DNA of 64,000 nucleotides. Origin: Azolla caroliniana (Eukaryota > Plantae > Polypodiophyta). Below the pieces are notes generated by a model, which was not told the DNA's origin, made no database searches, and saw nothing but the letters and a program-made list of their open reading frames with translations. The position numbers and the translations under genes are program-made. Below are positions 12,449 through 26,573 of the stretch, piece after piece. Numbering within the stretch: position 1 is the first letter of the stretch; the number at the start of each line of letters is the position of its first letter. The DNA lies in NCBI GenBank assembly GCA_043228905.1, contig JBHGNT010000009.1:15748001-15812000 (forward strand), read 5' to 3'.

Positions 12449-13024
12449 TTAAGTGTTTTAAATATAGATTTCATACGTATAAGACCTTTACTTATGCATA
12501 CCTTTATTAAAAGGTAAATCGTGTATTTTTTTATATATGAAAAAGAAAAAACACGAGACACTAAAAATAACTCATGCACATCTAGCGTGCATGAGCCCTA
12601 TACTTAGGAAATAAAAAAAAGCATCGCATGCACATTTAGTGGACATGAACACTTTTTGTATAAAAAAAAAAGGCATGAAGCCATGCTTAGCTCTTCCTTC
12701 CTTATATAAGGAGGAGAGAAATATATAAAGGGTTGTTGATTATTTGGATTAAGTATTAATCAATACAAAAATTATTCGTGGGATTCACGATTTATACATC
12801 TACTTCTCTCTTAACACCCTAAGTACCAATTAATATAGTATACTCGTGTGATTCACGAGTTTCTTATCTTTCTCTTTGCTATTTACTCATAATTAATCTC
12901 TATCTCACGAACTTCTTTCTCCTAGTCCAAGACCTCTGTGGTTCCCACCCGACTCACGCAACGATCCGGAGCCGAAAGGCACGACACAGTTGGTGAACCC
13001 GACGTGAAGACGGGTGGCAAGGAG

Positions 13025-15064
13025 ATGGAGGCTCAACAAGCTAATAATATGATGGCGATGTTCGAACGGATGCTTCAAGAACAACGCACGATGTCGGAGA
13101 TTTCGGCATCAGTAGAGCGGCTCGTGCAACGCAACGGGCAATTTAATGGTAAGGATGTGTCGCGATATTTGCAGGACTACAAGGCGGAGATGCTCCGGTG
13201 CCGGGCTTCGGAAGGACTGCAAGTGAAATCCTTTAACCGGGTGGCGACCGACGGGCTTTAAGGGAGTATCCACGGGTTGCAACAACAAAATCCGACGTGG
13301 GAAGCATTCGAAGAGGCGTTAAAGACCACATTTGCCATCGAGGACTCCTCCAAGGCAACGCGGAGGGGATTCGAGGATTGGGTGGAAACGTCAGGTAAGG
13401 GGCTGAAGGTCCTCGAAGTGTTTTCGACATTCGAAAGTCGGTTCGGGAGGTTGTCCGCGAGAGATCAAACTATTCTTGCACCGGACAAAGTCATCATGTT
13501 TTTGCGAGCTGTGGACGTCCGGGACCGGAAAGATCTCGGAGTGCTTCTTGAGGACACGACCACCGAAAGCGGCCTCACCGAAACATGGGAAAGCGTGCGG
13601 GATATCGTCGCGCGGTACACGAAGAGGGGGCAATGGCTTGCCAACGAAGAAAAGAGGGTTTCGGAACCGATTCCGAAACCGAGAACGGGACTGGAAGACC
13701 ATCAACCGAGGGCTTGGGAGATTACGGCCGAGAAGGGAGTCGACGCGTCTACGGTGGAGCAGCTGCTGAAGGAGATGGAGAATCTAAAGATCGCGATGGT
13801 GAAGAAGTCGGATGACCGCCCCACAAGCTCCAAATATACGGATCGACGGTGCATATGGTGCGATAGCGCCGAACACGATCGGAGGGATTGCGACGACCAT
13901 AAGGAGGCGCTACGACGAGATCTCATCTACTACGAGGGAAACCGGATTCATTCGATGGACTCTCGGAAGCCACTCTGACCGAACTTCCGGAAAGGCGGCA
14001 TGAAGAAGGTGCTCGAGGAGGAGTTAGCGGCAAGAAGCAACTATGCGACAACCGCGGGAATATGTGTCGGGGAGTCGTCGGGAGCGAAGGCGTCTTTCTG
14101 GCCGGAGGTGCTAGGAAACACCGAGAAAACCGACTCCAATGATATCCGAAACACCGCGGAAGGCGTCCGGGAAGCTACGGGATGGGAGTGCCCTGTCGAC
14201 AAGAATAGCATATACGCCCTGTGTCAATTACATGAGGTGTATGTGGACGAGAAACGACGGCGCACGGAGGATGCGGCCGGACCATCGAAGATACCGGAAA
14301 GCTGGAACTCCGGAGGTAAGGGAAAAGAAAAGGCGACTCCGGCATTCAAGCTCGCCTCGGACATAGAACAACAAACCGACTTGAAAAGAGTGTTCGAGGA
14401 AAGAATCTTGGATAGCCGGGTAGATTTTTCGCTGCGGGAACTACTCGGAATAGCGAAGAAGGAGTTTCACGATCTTCTCGTGGATCTCGTGAAAAGGAAG
14501 AGACAAAGTACGGAGGAAAATGCTCCAAGGGTGAATGCAAATACCGTTTCAATGAACGACACCGAAGTGGAAGGGGAAATTCCGAACTCCCACTATACAA
14601 GGCCACACTGGGCACGTGCGACTACGGAGACTCCGGTCCGAATCGGCAACATCAAAGAACCCGTGCTAGCATTGATTGATCACGGATCGGAGATCAACTT
14701 GATGTCCAAGGAGTTCTACCGAAAGGGGAAGTGGCCTATAAACACCAACCATGGATGGAAGATTCGGGCAGCCACGAAAACGACAGAAGACCTATTTGCG
14801 GCTTGTCCGGATGTGACGGTAAAGATCGGGGATGTAGAAATTGACCAAAATTTCTTTGTGCAGGATGAGGTTTCACATTCTGTCATCCTCGGCCAACCCT
14901 TTATCACGGCTTCACGGATGGAGACGAAGGTGCTCGATAGTGGTGCGGCTTTTGCGCGAATTCGGAGCCAAAACGGAGGGAAATCCGTCCAATTCCTAAC
15001 GGTGCCGGCAAATCACGAAAGGAACAAGAGGGAACTCTTGTCCCAAGTGAGAATGGATTTTTAA
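13025..15064 (+). pseudogene. gag: G2 gag-protease ORF1 with in-frame stops near 13259 and 13976
   Basis: CIWCDSAEHDRRDC knuckle; ALIDHGSEINL protease; ends GGATTTT TAA. Confidence 0.85.
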
Positions 15065-18000
15065 AGCGGACTGTTGCGGAGTGGGGAAGTGATAGTCCGA
15101 GAAGCCCTGATACCCCACACAGGAAGAAAACTCTCGGAGCAAAACAAGTACGAATCGGCCCCGATGGGGCATCTACGTACACGGCCGTAACCGGAGGAAT
15201 GAAGAAACAATACCGACAAGTGGAGGATAAGTTACGGTCGGCATCAATAATAAAAGAAGACGAAGAAATCGTGGGAGTGATCGAGGAAGTGTTCTATGGG
15301 AATACACTACAACGGCTTGAAGAGCTTGCGGAAGATAAAAGCCAAGGGAACCGGGTAGTCCCGGTGGAATCGGTCGAGATGTACGAGATCGTTGCGAAAA
15401 TGGGGCCGGATGCGCTCCGCAAAGAAGAAGCAATGGTAAGTACGAAATACAAGACCGTGGAGAAGAAGGTGAAACCGGCCGCGGGACCACTACCCGCCGA
15501 TAGCGAACAAAAGAAGAAAGAAGTCTCGGGAGATCCGACACTTCGGAAGTCCGTGGATATCGGACATGCCTTCACAGATGAGACCCGGAAGAAACTTCGG
15601 ATCGGTGGAGGTGGGTTCCTCTTACAAGAAGAAGAAAAACGGTTTCGAGAGATGTTGGAGCAACATGGCAAAGCATTCGCGTTCACATCGAGGGAGATCG
15701 GATGCATTGATCCAAAGATAGTGGAGCCGATGGTGATTTTCACGATTGATCATGTACCGTGGAACCTGAAGCCGATTCCGGTGCCACGGGCGCATATTCC
15801 GAAAGTCATCGACTTGCTCAAGGAGAAGGTGGCGATGGGGATTCTAGAGCCATCAAGTGCTCCGTACTCAAATCGATGGTTTACGGTTCCGAAGAAGTAT
15901 GGGTCACTCCGATTCATCCAAGACTTGCAACCGGTGAACAAGGTCACGATCCGGAACTCGGGAGTCGGTCCGATAGTGGACGAATTTGCGGAAGCTTTTG
16001 CCAGACGTGCGATATACTCCATCGGGGACCTATACTCGGGGTATGACCAATTCCAACTAGCCGTGGAGAGCCGAGACATCACTACCATGCGGACACCGAT
16101 AGGACTAGTTCGAATGTGCACACTACCACAAGGAGCGACAAACTCAGTTGCACATATGATGAACGCGATGAACAAGGTGCTTCGAGATTGCATCCCGGAG
16201 ATAACGATGCCGTTTCTAGATGACATTCCGATGAAAGGATGCGCGGTGGAAGAAAAAGATGAGACTATGGATGATCGGGGATGCCGAAAGTTTGTGGTTG
16301 ACCATATTCATGATTGCGAGAAAGTGTTGCGAAAGCTAGAAGATGTGCACCTAACACTTTCCGGGGAGAAATCGGCATTCGGGCAAGAAGAAATATTGGT
16401 GGTCGGACATCTATGTGGGCCCTACGGCCGAAGACCGTCACCAACAAAGATCAATGCGATTCAAGCTATGAAGGAAGTATGTGAGTCAACATCGGAAGTC
16501 CGAAGGTTTCTGGGTGCGTGTGCATTCTATCACATATGGATTCCGCACTATGCACATATAGCGGACCCGCTCTATCACTTGTTGCGGAAAGGTAAGAAAT
16601 TCGAGTGGAAACCGGAACACACTAAAGCCATGAGGAAGCTCAAGAAGACACTATGGAGGGCGGAATCACTTAAGAAGCCAAGCTACGAGCGGCCAATCAT
16701 AGTAACGGTTGATACAAGTCCAACCGGTATCGGGTGGGTCATCAATCAAGCCGACTCGGATGGTTCGCGGTATCCGATCCGATTTGGAGCAAAGGTCCTC
16801 AACGAAAGGCAACGCGGATATGCACAAGTCAAAAGAGAATTATGGGGAGTCGTGTCGGCGATAAAATCGGATCGGGATTATTTGATCGGAGCTGAAGTGG
16901 TGATCGAGACGGATTGTCTTCCGATACTCGGGATGATGCGGTGTTGTACGATACCGGATGTGGCTATGCTAAGGTGGATTGCATATGTCAAGTCACTTAA
17001 TCCGGAGGTTCGACACATCTCGGGGAAGGACAACGCGGTAGCGGACATGTTATCGAGGGCGCGGTTTGAAGACGACATAACCGAATCGGATAATGAAGAA
17101 GTTTCCGAAGACTACTTCACGTCAGAACACATATGCCGAGTGAACGTGATCCGAGAATTCCGGGAAGAAGAATACGAGGGGGAAACCTTGATGATCGGGA
17201 AGATGCTACAAGAGGTCGAGGATTCAACCAATGATAGAAAGGAGAGCCGAGATCCGAAGGAAGAAGAGACAAGTCCAAAAGTTCTTCTTGGAAAACGGTT
17301 TAATATGGAGGACGCCGAAAAGACCGGATGGGATACCACTTCGAGTAGTCGGGACGAAAGAGCAACGAAACCGGATAATGTCCGAGTTCCACGAATCTGA
17401 TTGGGCTGGACATCGAGGAACATGGGCAACTTTTGTGAAAATCAAGCAAAGATATTGGTGGAAGAACATGTATAAAGATGTCGCGGAGTTCACAGAAAGC
17501 TGCGAGAAATGTCAAGTCTACTCCGGGGTCCGACACCGAGATGAGCTGCATCCGACATTCTCACCGACAATCAACTTCAAGTGGATGGTCGACATTGTAG
17601 CTATGCCGACCGGGATTGGACAAAAGAAATACCTGGTGTTAGCTCGAGAAGATCTCACAAACCAAGTTGAAGGTCGAGCGCTTCGGAGGAAAACGTGTGC
17701 CGCGGTGTGCCAATTTCTTTTGGAAGAAGTGTTTTGTAGGTACGGCTGCGTAGGACAAGTGATTGCGGACCGGGGAGAACTCGACTCGGACAAAGCTAGG
17801 GGATTCTTCGCCAAACATGGGGTTCGGTTAACGTTGACAATGGCCTACAATCCGGAGGCCAACGGGAAGATCGAACGAGGACATAGTCCGATCGTGAAAG
17901 CACTTGCGAAGGCATGCGACGGAAGGGTGAAGGATTGGCCACAAATGCTTCCGAATGCACTATGGGCGGATCGGACGACGCATAGCTCCGTGACCGGTTA

Positions 18001-18463
18001 CATGCCGGCAGAACTCATGACCGGACAAGCACCGGTAATGCCAACGGAAACCGCAATCGCGACATGGACAATACTACCGTGGAAGGAAGAGATGAGCCGG
18101 GCAGAACTACTAGCGGTCCGGATACGACAACTGGAGGGAAGACCGAAAGATGTAGCGGAAGCGTCACGCCGACAACAAGAAGCACGGTTCCGGAACAAAA
18201 GCCGGTTCGACACAAAGCACCGACTACGACCGAGGAGGATTGAAGAAGGAGATTGGGTGATCGTCTATGATAGTAGCTTGGACCATCAACATACAACGAT
18301 GCGGAAATTCGCGAAAAGGTGGTTCGGGCCGTACGAGGTTCGGAAGGTCTTCGACAACGGGTCGTACCGACTGTCCGAGTTGGATGGAACAATACTACGA
18401 GTGCCTATAGCCGGGAAGCGGGTGAAGTTTTCAAGAAGCGGACCGACGACAAACCTTATGTGA
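15055..18463 (+). pseudogene. pol: G2 pol (RT-RH-IN), entered by -1 frameshift, with a disabling frameshift near 17230
   Basis: ORFs 15199-17400 (RT FLDD, RH) and 17231-18463 (H2C2, DDE core, WFGPY); no chromodomain seen. Confidence 0.9.
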
Positions 18464-20847
18464 TCCAAGTTGAGGCCGACAACGAGGAGCAATCGGACGA
18501 GGACCACAATGATGCGGGAAGCGAAGAAAGTGGATTACAACTCATAGTCGACATAAGGGGAGAATTGGAGGAAGCTTCGGATGAAGACGGATACGAAGAA
18601 TCAAGAACTTCGGCACATACCGGAGGATGTGCGGGTTTGGATTGGACGCTGTCGTAGTGTAGGTTGCACACTATGTGGAAATTATATTTTTGTCCCTCTG
18701 GATAGAGAATGGAGTGCTCGGTGAGAACCGGAAGAAAACGGCATACCGGCAAGGAGGAAAACGGCATACCGGCAAGGAAGAGCCGGATAAAGAGACATAA
18801 ATGTAAAATAAAAGGAAATACTCAATACTGCGCAAGGCGTGATTTGAACTCTGCACCTCCACGTTGACAAACCCCAACCTTACCATTACATTAACTTATC
18901 TTAAGTGTTTTAAATATAGATTTCATACGTATAAGACCTTTACTTATGCATACCTTTATTAAAAGGTAAATCGTGTATTTTTTTATATATGAAAAAGAAA
19001 AAACACGAGACACTAAAAATAACTCATGCACATCTAGCGTGCATGAGCCCTATACTTAGGAAATAAAAAAAAGCATCGCATGCACATTTAGTGGACATGA
19101 ACACTTTTTGTATAAAAAAAAAAGGCATGAAGCCATGCTTAGCTCTTCCTTCCTTATATAAGGAGGAGAGAAATATATAAAGGGTTGTTGATTATTTGGA
19201 TTAAGTATTAATCAATACAAAAATTATTCGTGGGATTCACGATTTATACATCTACTTCTCTCTTAACACCCTAAGTACCAATTAATATAGTATACTCGTG
19301 TGATTCACGAGTTTCTTATCTTTCTCTTTGCTATTTACTCATAATTAATCTCTATCTCACGAACTTCTTTCTCCTAGTCCAAGACCTCTGTGGTTCCCAC
19401 CCGACTCACGCAACGATCCGGAGCCGAAAGGCACGACAACGCCGAAGAGGCCGAGGAGCTGTTCGACCGGCTAGGAGTCAAGCTCTCGCTTACCACTGCG
19501 TACAATCTGGAGGCGAATGGGAAGGTGGAGCGCGGACACGGACCGATCGTCAAGGCGTTAGTCCGGGCATGCGGAGGTCAAGTCGGGAGCTGGCCGTGGC
19601 TGTTGCCTTACGCGTTATGGGCTGACCGAACTACGCACAGTTTGGTAACCGAATTCATGCCGGCAGAGCTCATGTTTGGGCAGAAGCCGGTCATGCCGAT
19701 GGAACGTATGATCTCCTCATGGGCAACCGTGGACTGGAGAGACGAGATGAGCCGGGAGGAACTGTTGACGGTGCGCATACGGCAGCTCGAGCGAAGACCG
19801 GAGGACATAGAGCGAGCTACGGAAAAGCTTCGGGTGGCAAGGATGAGGAACAAAGCCCGGTTCGACCGAACGCACCGGCTCCGACCGAAGAAGATCGAGG
19901 AAGGCGACTGGGTGCTAGTCTACGACAGCAGCCTCGACAACCATTACCGAGCAACACGAAAGTTCGCAAGAAGGTGGTTCGGGCCTTACGTGGTACAAAG
20001 CGCCAACGACAATGGGACGTACCATCTGGCGGAGCTCGACGGAACGAGAATGGCGATACCGGTAGCTGGAAAACGGATCAAAGCGTTCAAAGAGCGTCAC
20101 GACGACGAGCCGGATCCGGATAACTTGGACCGGGACGACGAACAATCCGAAACCGAAGAAGAACCGACGGGCGAGGAATAAAGGCTGGACCGGTTTTCTC
20201 CGTCCCAACTCAATTTGGCGCATGCTGGTGGATGCGCGGTTAGGTGGGGGCGGATGTCGTGAAGAAAACCGTCCACAAGCGGAATCGGTGCACCGGAGCG
20301 TAGGAACCGGCTCTTCATACACGTGTGCCTTATGTTGTACATAGAAGATCCTCGGTCGGTAGGAAGTTAATAGGAAACGGCTCCTTCCTTGCCTATAAAA
20401 GGAGGGAGACAAGGAGGGGAGAGGAATCGCGAAGGAAGGGAGGACGAAGTGTTGTCGGATTGTGGGCAGAAGGCTTCTCTCTCTTCCAAACTCCATAGCT
20501 TCTTTCTATGCAGGTTTCGGGGGGCTCGCGCTGCTCTAAGGAATGCCCGAGTGCTTCCGGCAGCACCTCCAACCTACTTCTTCCTTTCTGTACGTTTACG
20601 AACAGGCATCGGCATCTTGTAACCGACTTTGTGCTTGTTGTTTGTCTTGTTTATATATATTTCGACATACATTCGTGTCTCTCTGTGTCGCTGTCGCACT
20701 CGCGTCTCTGTGTCGAAGGGCCGTGTCCCTGTGAATCTACGCTCGCACCTTGTGGGTCTCTTCCCCTCTCCTTTTCTCTCTTGCTCTTCGGTACAGGACC
20801 CCCGAGGTCCCGCCTCATTCCACGCATCCGCGAGGGATACCTCGACA

Positions 20848-21494
20848 ACGGAACACATTTGGAAACTCTCTCACGATGCCACAAAGTGGTGCACGTCACG
20901 ATACATTCTTGGCCACCAATACCTCTCCTTTAGCTTCTTGAAGTTGGCCCACATTGCGCGGTGCCTAGACCAAGGGCTCTCGTCATATTCGAACATCAAC
21001 AGTGCATGTTCATTCTCCTTTATCACCACCCAGAGTGGTGTGTCGGTGCATTTCTTTGGGTGTCTCCATATTCTTCCGCTCCGTAAGAAGAACCAGTACG
21101 CCTTCTTCCGGATCCCGTTCGCTTCATCCCTCATCCATGTTGCGTCTGGTGTCAATGTTCTCAAGAATCTACTGATCTAGAGCCACTCCCCATCATACTC
21201 GTTCTTGTTAAACTTGTTCAATACTAGAGTGCTCGCTCTCCTCACCGTCATCTAAGCCGACTCAAAGAAGTCCACACCAACTTCTTCGTTTTCCGATACC
21301 ATGTCGTCCTCGTTTTCAAACCACGTTCTCGAAAGCATATCGACCATGGTGTTGTCTTTCCCGGAGATGTGCTGAATCTTTGGATCTGGGGACTTAATGT
21401 ATGTGATCCACCTAAGCATAGCCAGGTCTGGAGTCGTGTATCTGGAAACCATACCGAGAATCAGTAGGCAGTCCGTCTTGATTATTACCTTAGC
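20848..21494 (-). pseudogene. pol: G0 RH/integrase-N fragment
   Basis: DCLLILGMV..LRWITYIKS..HISGKDN and KERYWWPRMYRDVHHFV on the minus strand. Confidence 0.85.
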
Positions 21495-24400
21495 TGTCAC
21501 AAAATGTGAATATCAAGGTTTGAACTTGTGACCTTCAAAGAATGGTCTTACACTTCAACCATTGCACCAACTCATTTTCATTACTAAATACATTTTCATA
21601 TTATTATTATTCAAGAACTCTAGAGCACTAGACACATTAGATGACCGCCAAATGGCATGCACCTTGTACGCCAAGTGGCGCACAACATGTATGCCAAATG
21701 GCGATCGTGCACATTCTGATGTACAGTATATAAGTCGAAGATCTACTTAGTGTTGAACCATTCCAGTTCAACACCAGTCTTCAGCAACCTTGTAATCTCA
21801 GTTTCTGGTAATAGAAATTCTTTTATTTTTGTCTTGTAAACGTCTTCTCGTTTGTTATTATCTTCTTTTCTTTGAAATCGACCTTGTCTTCGAAGCTTGG
21901 GTCGCGACAGTTTGAACCAGAATCCCACTTTTTTTTTCTCGAGTATCTAGTGATGTTTTTCTGTCACAATGGAGACCGTTAGTAAACAAGAGTATATATG
22001 CGTATTCTCTCAGAACTTCACCTCCTAAAAACAAAATTTGTTGCATTGGAACAAGAGAATCATAAACTTCTTGGCGACTTGCAACAAGTGAGCGTTGAAA
22101 AGGCACAACAACATGAGGAACTCTCGAAACGTGTCCAACAACTTGAAGCTATTATGTTATCTCTTCGACAGCAAGCTTCAACCTCTCAAAGTTTGTTGAA
22201 AGAACCCAAAATTAGTTTACCAACAAAATTTGATGGTACAAGGTCTCAATTCCGAGGATTCTTAAATTAGGTACGCCTTATAATTCATATGCATCCCAAC
22301 CGATATCCAACTGACGTAGCTCGAGTGGGGTTACTTGGAAAATTATTGACAGGAACCGCACTAGCATGGTTTGCACCATTGCTAGAGAAGAAATCCCCAA
22401 TACTAGAAAACTTTGATACCTTTATCAACGAATTCCAAGCTAGTTTTGGTGATACTGATAGTGCAAGAACAACAATAAACAAGATACGTAGGTTGCGCCA
22501 AGGAGATCGGCCAGCCGCAGCTTACGCAGCTGATTTTCGTCTTCTTGCTTGTGATATCCCTTGGGATGAAGCAACGATGATGGACTTGTTTCAGCATGGT
22601 TTGCGTAATGATGTTAAAGACCTGCTCTTAACATTTCATGATGAACCCAAATCACTGATAGAAGCTATTAGCCGTGCAGTTCGATGTGACAATCGTTTGT
22701 TCAAAATACGTTCTGAGCGCCAACAAACGTCGACATGCCCTAGATCTGAGCAAACATATGCCTCAACATTAGCCTCACTACCTTTAGGACCAATGCAAGT
22801 TCCTAATCCTAATTCTTTTAATGGACCTACTCCAATGGAGATTGATGCAGCACGTCGTCGAGGTCCTTTGTCCGAAGCCGAGAAACAACGACGTCGAGCA
22901 AATCGACTTTGCCTATATTGTGGTGGTCCAGGACATATAGCAATACATTGTCCACATCGACCAAAGAGACAATTAAATCAAGTGCTATTGAGAATTTTGA
23001 TTCATGTTCTCCAGTCAAAGCCAATAAACCAAGAACTCTTGTCAACAACCCTCAATCCAATAGTTTTGATGTTCAAAGCCAATTAGATGAGTTGTTAAAT
23101 GAGTAAGTCTAGCCAAAATCGGAGCCATTTGGTTGGACCAACCAAAGCATATAGAACTTGTTCCGAGCTTAGGTTCCATTTCATCGAACCGAGTCAGTGA
23201 ATTTTTCACAACACAAGTTCAACTCAGCACATCAAGATGTCATCAGGTTCTTGCATCTGCGCTCTTGGATTCAGGAGCCAACTCATGTTTCATGGATCAG
23301 GATTTTGCCACAACACAAGAAATTCTACTCTATAAGCTTCCTCGTCCAGCATTAGTAGCAGTAATTTATGGACGTTTTATTACATCAGGAGATATTACTG
23401 AAGAATCAGAGCCTATTCGTGTAGTTCTTGGTAATTTAGCTACTATAATATCTTTTAATATCATAAGTAGTCCCGAACATCCAATTGTTCTTGGGTTGCC
23501 GTGGTTTGAACTTCATAATCCAAAGATTGATTGGAAGAAGCAGGAAATCATAGACTCACAAGACAACACTTTAAGGTTGATCACCACATCAACCTCAAAG
23601 CTAACACCAAGACATATATCAACTATCTCTCTCAAAAGATTACATAAAGAAGCTACAATAGAAGATATGTTTGTGTTTGCAGTGTTCATAACCCCATTCT
23701 CAAACCCACAAGATTCAGAGGTCTATTTGCCATCAAAGTATCAAGAATTTTCCAATGTGTTTGATAAGGTAAAGGCCACAACACTTCCTAATCATCGCCC
23801 ATATCATTGTCCCATTGATTTGCATGCTGAGAAGGAACCACCATGGGGACCAATTTACAACCTTTCGCCGTCAGAATTGAAAGTTCTTCGAGAATATATT
23901 GATGAGAATCTTGCAAATGGCTTTATTCGACATTCCCGATCTCCTGCTGGCGCTCCTATTTTTTTTGTTAAGAAGAAAGATGGCTCTTTATGTTTGGTCG
24001 TAGACTATCAAGGCTTGAACAAGGTTATGATTCGAAATCGATATGCTATACCATTGATTCCAAATCTCTTGGAACGTCTCAATGGGGCCAAATACTTCAC
24101 AAGGTCAGACTTATGAGAAGTTTACAACCTTGTTCATATTCGACCTGGTGATGAATGGAAAACTGCTTTTCGCACACGATATGGTCACTTTGAGTACACA
24201 GTAATGCCATTTGGGCTTACAAATGCTCCAACAGTTTTCCAACATATGGCAAATGATATCTTTCGAGATTTCCTCGATATCTTCGCGATAATTTACTTGG
24301 ATGACATACTAATCTACTCAAAGACACAAGAGGAGCATAATAATCATGTTCGACAAGTTCTACAACGATTACGGGAATTTGGTCTTTATGCCAAACTCGA

Positions 24401-26222
24401 GAAGTGTTGCTTTGACCGCAATCAAGTCGAGTTTCTAGGGTATATGGTCTCTCCAGAAGGTATTTTTATGGATCCAAAGAAAGTACAAACAATTCTAGAT
24501 TGGAAGACACCAGGCTCAGTTCGTGATCTGCAATGTTTCTTGGGATTTGTGAATTTCTACCGCAAGTTCATCAAGAGTTACTCAAAAGTTGTTTTGCCCC
24601 TCACGGAACTAACACAGAAGAACCGACCATTTGTATGGACATCAAGCGCAGCTGATGCATTTGATAGCTTGAAGCAAACATTTACATCTGCTCCCATTTT
24701 GGTCCACGTTGACCTTAAAAAGCCGTTTATCATAGAAGCAGATGCATCTAATTTTGCACAAGGAAGTGTTCTATCGCAAGTAGCAGAGGATGAGAAATTA
24801 CATCCAGTTGCATTTCATTCAAGAAAGTTTGAACCTGCAAAAATCAATTATGAAATCCATGACAAAGAATTGTTGGCAATTGTTGATTCTTTCGAACAAT
24901 GGCGTCACTTCTTGGAAGGTTCTCCCCACCAAATTATTGTTTACAACGATCATAAAAACCTCACATACTTTCAAAATGCTCAAGTTCTAAATCGACGACA
25001 AGCTCGGTGGGCACAATTTCTAAGACGGTTCAACTTTGTCATAACATATCGACCAGGGACACAACAAGGTAAAGCTGATGCCTTATCAAGACGCTCTTAT
25101 TTTGCACCAAAACTGGGGGACCCAACTTACGACAATCAAGAACAAGTCCTTTTGAGCCCTAGTCGTCTACGATTAATGGTGACAAATGTTGCTGAGACAA
25201 CTTTGGATTCAAAATTTCTTGATTCTATTCGCTCGAGCATTGGTTCAGATGATTTTGCACAAGATATTTTAGACCACATTGTTCTAGATCGTGCTTCTTG
25301 TTCACGCTCCAAGTTTTCTCGCATGGATTATGGGAACTTCAGTTGGCATGATGGGTTGCTTTTTCGAAACAACCGTACTTATATTCCCGATGGACCTTTT
25401 CGACTTGAAGTCTTGCATCACTGCCAAGATTCACCGCTAGCTGGACATTTCGGAGTTTTGAAATGCAACATATGCGTCTTCATCCAGTATTTCATGTTTC
25501 ATTATTAGAACCTTGGACACCAAGTTCTATTCCAAATCGGGTTATCCCACTACCACCTCCGGTTCAACTTGCTGAAGGGCCTGAATATGAAGTAGAAGCT
25601 ATTTTGGACTCTAAGGTCATCTGCAATAAGTTATATTATCTAGTAGATTGGCTGGGATACACGCTTGCGGATCAGACATGGGAACCTGCAACGAACGTCA
25701 CTAATGCCTCTGAACTTATACAAGAGTTTCATCTTCGTTATCCCCATAAACCAAAACCTAGTTCATGCATTGTGACTCATGGAACTCGTCGTCAAAGGAG
25801 GGGATGATGTCACAAAATGTGAATATCAAGGTTTGAACTTGTGACCTTCAAACAATGGTCTTACACTTCAACCATTGCACCAACTCATTTTTATTATTAA
25901 ATATATTTTCATATTATTATTATTCAAGAACTCTAGAGCACTAGACACATTAGATGACCGCCAAATGGCATGCACCCTGTACGCCAAGTGGTGCACAACA
26001 TGTATGCCAAATGGCGATCATGCACATTCTGATGTACAGTATATAAGTCGAAGATCTGCTTAGTGTTGAACCATTCCGGTTCAACACCAGTCTTCAGCAA
26101 CCTTGTAATCTCGGTTTCCGGTAATAGAAATTCTTGTATTTTTGTCTTGTAAACGTCTTCTCGTTTGTTATTATCTTCTTTTCTTCGAAATCGACCTTGT
26201 CTTCGAAGCTTGGGTCGCGACA
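21495..26222 (+). mobile_element. T1: Tcn1-like chromovirus with the integrase core deleted
   Basis: 415-bp LTRs 21495-21909 and 25808-26222; TSD TTAGC/TCAGC; PPT AGGAGGGGATGA; gag CLYCGGPGHIAIHC, LLDSGA, YLDD, chromodomain EYEVEAIL..YLVDWLGY..TWEP. Confidence 0.93.
21505..21576 (-). promoter_or_regulatory. tRNA-like Pol III module, antisense at the start of the T1 5' LTR (second copy 25818-25889)
   Basis: Minus strand TGGTGCAATGG..AAGGTCACAAGTTCAAACCTTG; A-B distance 43 nt; TTTT follows closely. Confidence 0.75.
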
Positions 26223-26573
26223 TCAGCCCCATTGAAATAATCTTTATCAGCCTTGATCGCCGAAACGATATCCCAGAGTTCGTGCTTAACTTGGGCGTAT
26301 CTTCATTGCCTCTCACTTAGTACCTTCGTACCGAACCAGATGTGGAATCTCATGTCGTCATCATCCTCTTGATTGACCACCCACCCGATTCCAGTCGAAC
26401 TCATGTCCACCTCACGTAAATCGGGGTTCCCTTCCCATAGACTGCCCTTCGGAGAGCCGGTGCTGCAACCAGTGCTTCCTTCAACTTCCGAACCGATTCC
26501 ATGTGCTCTCTTCTCCATTCGAACCTACAGCCCTGCTTCACCAACCCATAGAACAACTCCGCGACGTGTGCGT
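26223..26573 (-). pseudogene. pol: G0 RT/RH fragment
   Basis: AHVAELFYGL..RKLKEALVAAPALRRAVY and TGIGWVVNQED. Confidence 0.85.

Larger units (their letters stand above)
12221..19438 (+). mobile_element. G2: young full-length tRNA-Trp-primed Ty3/Gypsy element nested in the G1 integrase
   Basis: Near-identical LTRs 12221-12986 and 18650-19438 (23-bp duplication in the 3' LTR); TSD ACGC/ACGC; PBS at 12991-13008. Confidence 0.95.
9543..20181 (+). pseudogene. pol: G1 pol (RT-RH-IN) in two parts, 9543-12220 and 19439-20181, with stops and frameshifts
   Basis: DLYSGYDQF, LPQG..FLDD, RH VDTSPTGIG; integrase GELDA|EEAEELF split exactly by G2. Confidence 0.9.
6770..20847 (+). mobile_element. G1: full-length tRNA-Trp-primed Ty3/Gypsy element, interrupted by G2
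   Basis: LTRs 6770-7382 and 20255-20847 (TG..CA); TSD ACGG/ACGG; PBS TGGTGAACCCGACGTGAA at 7386; gag-PR, RT, RH, IN order. Confidence 0.95.

Noticed and set aside
19390-20181. Stand-alone 263-aa integrase gene
   Set aside because: The first 16 codons come from the G2 LTR and the rest is the interrupted G1 integrase; chimeric ORF.
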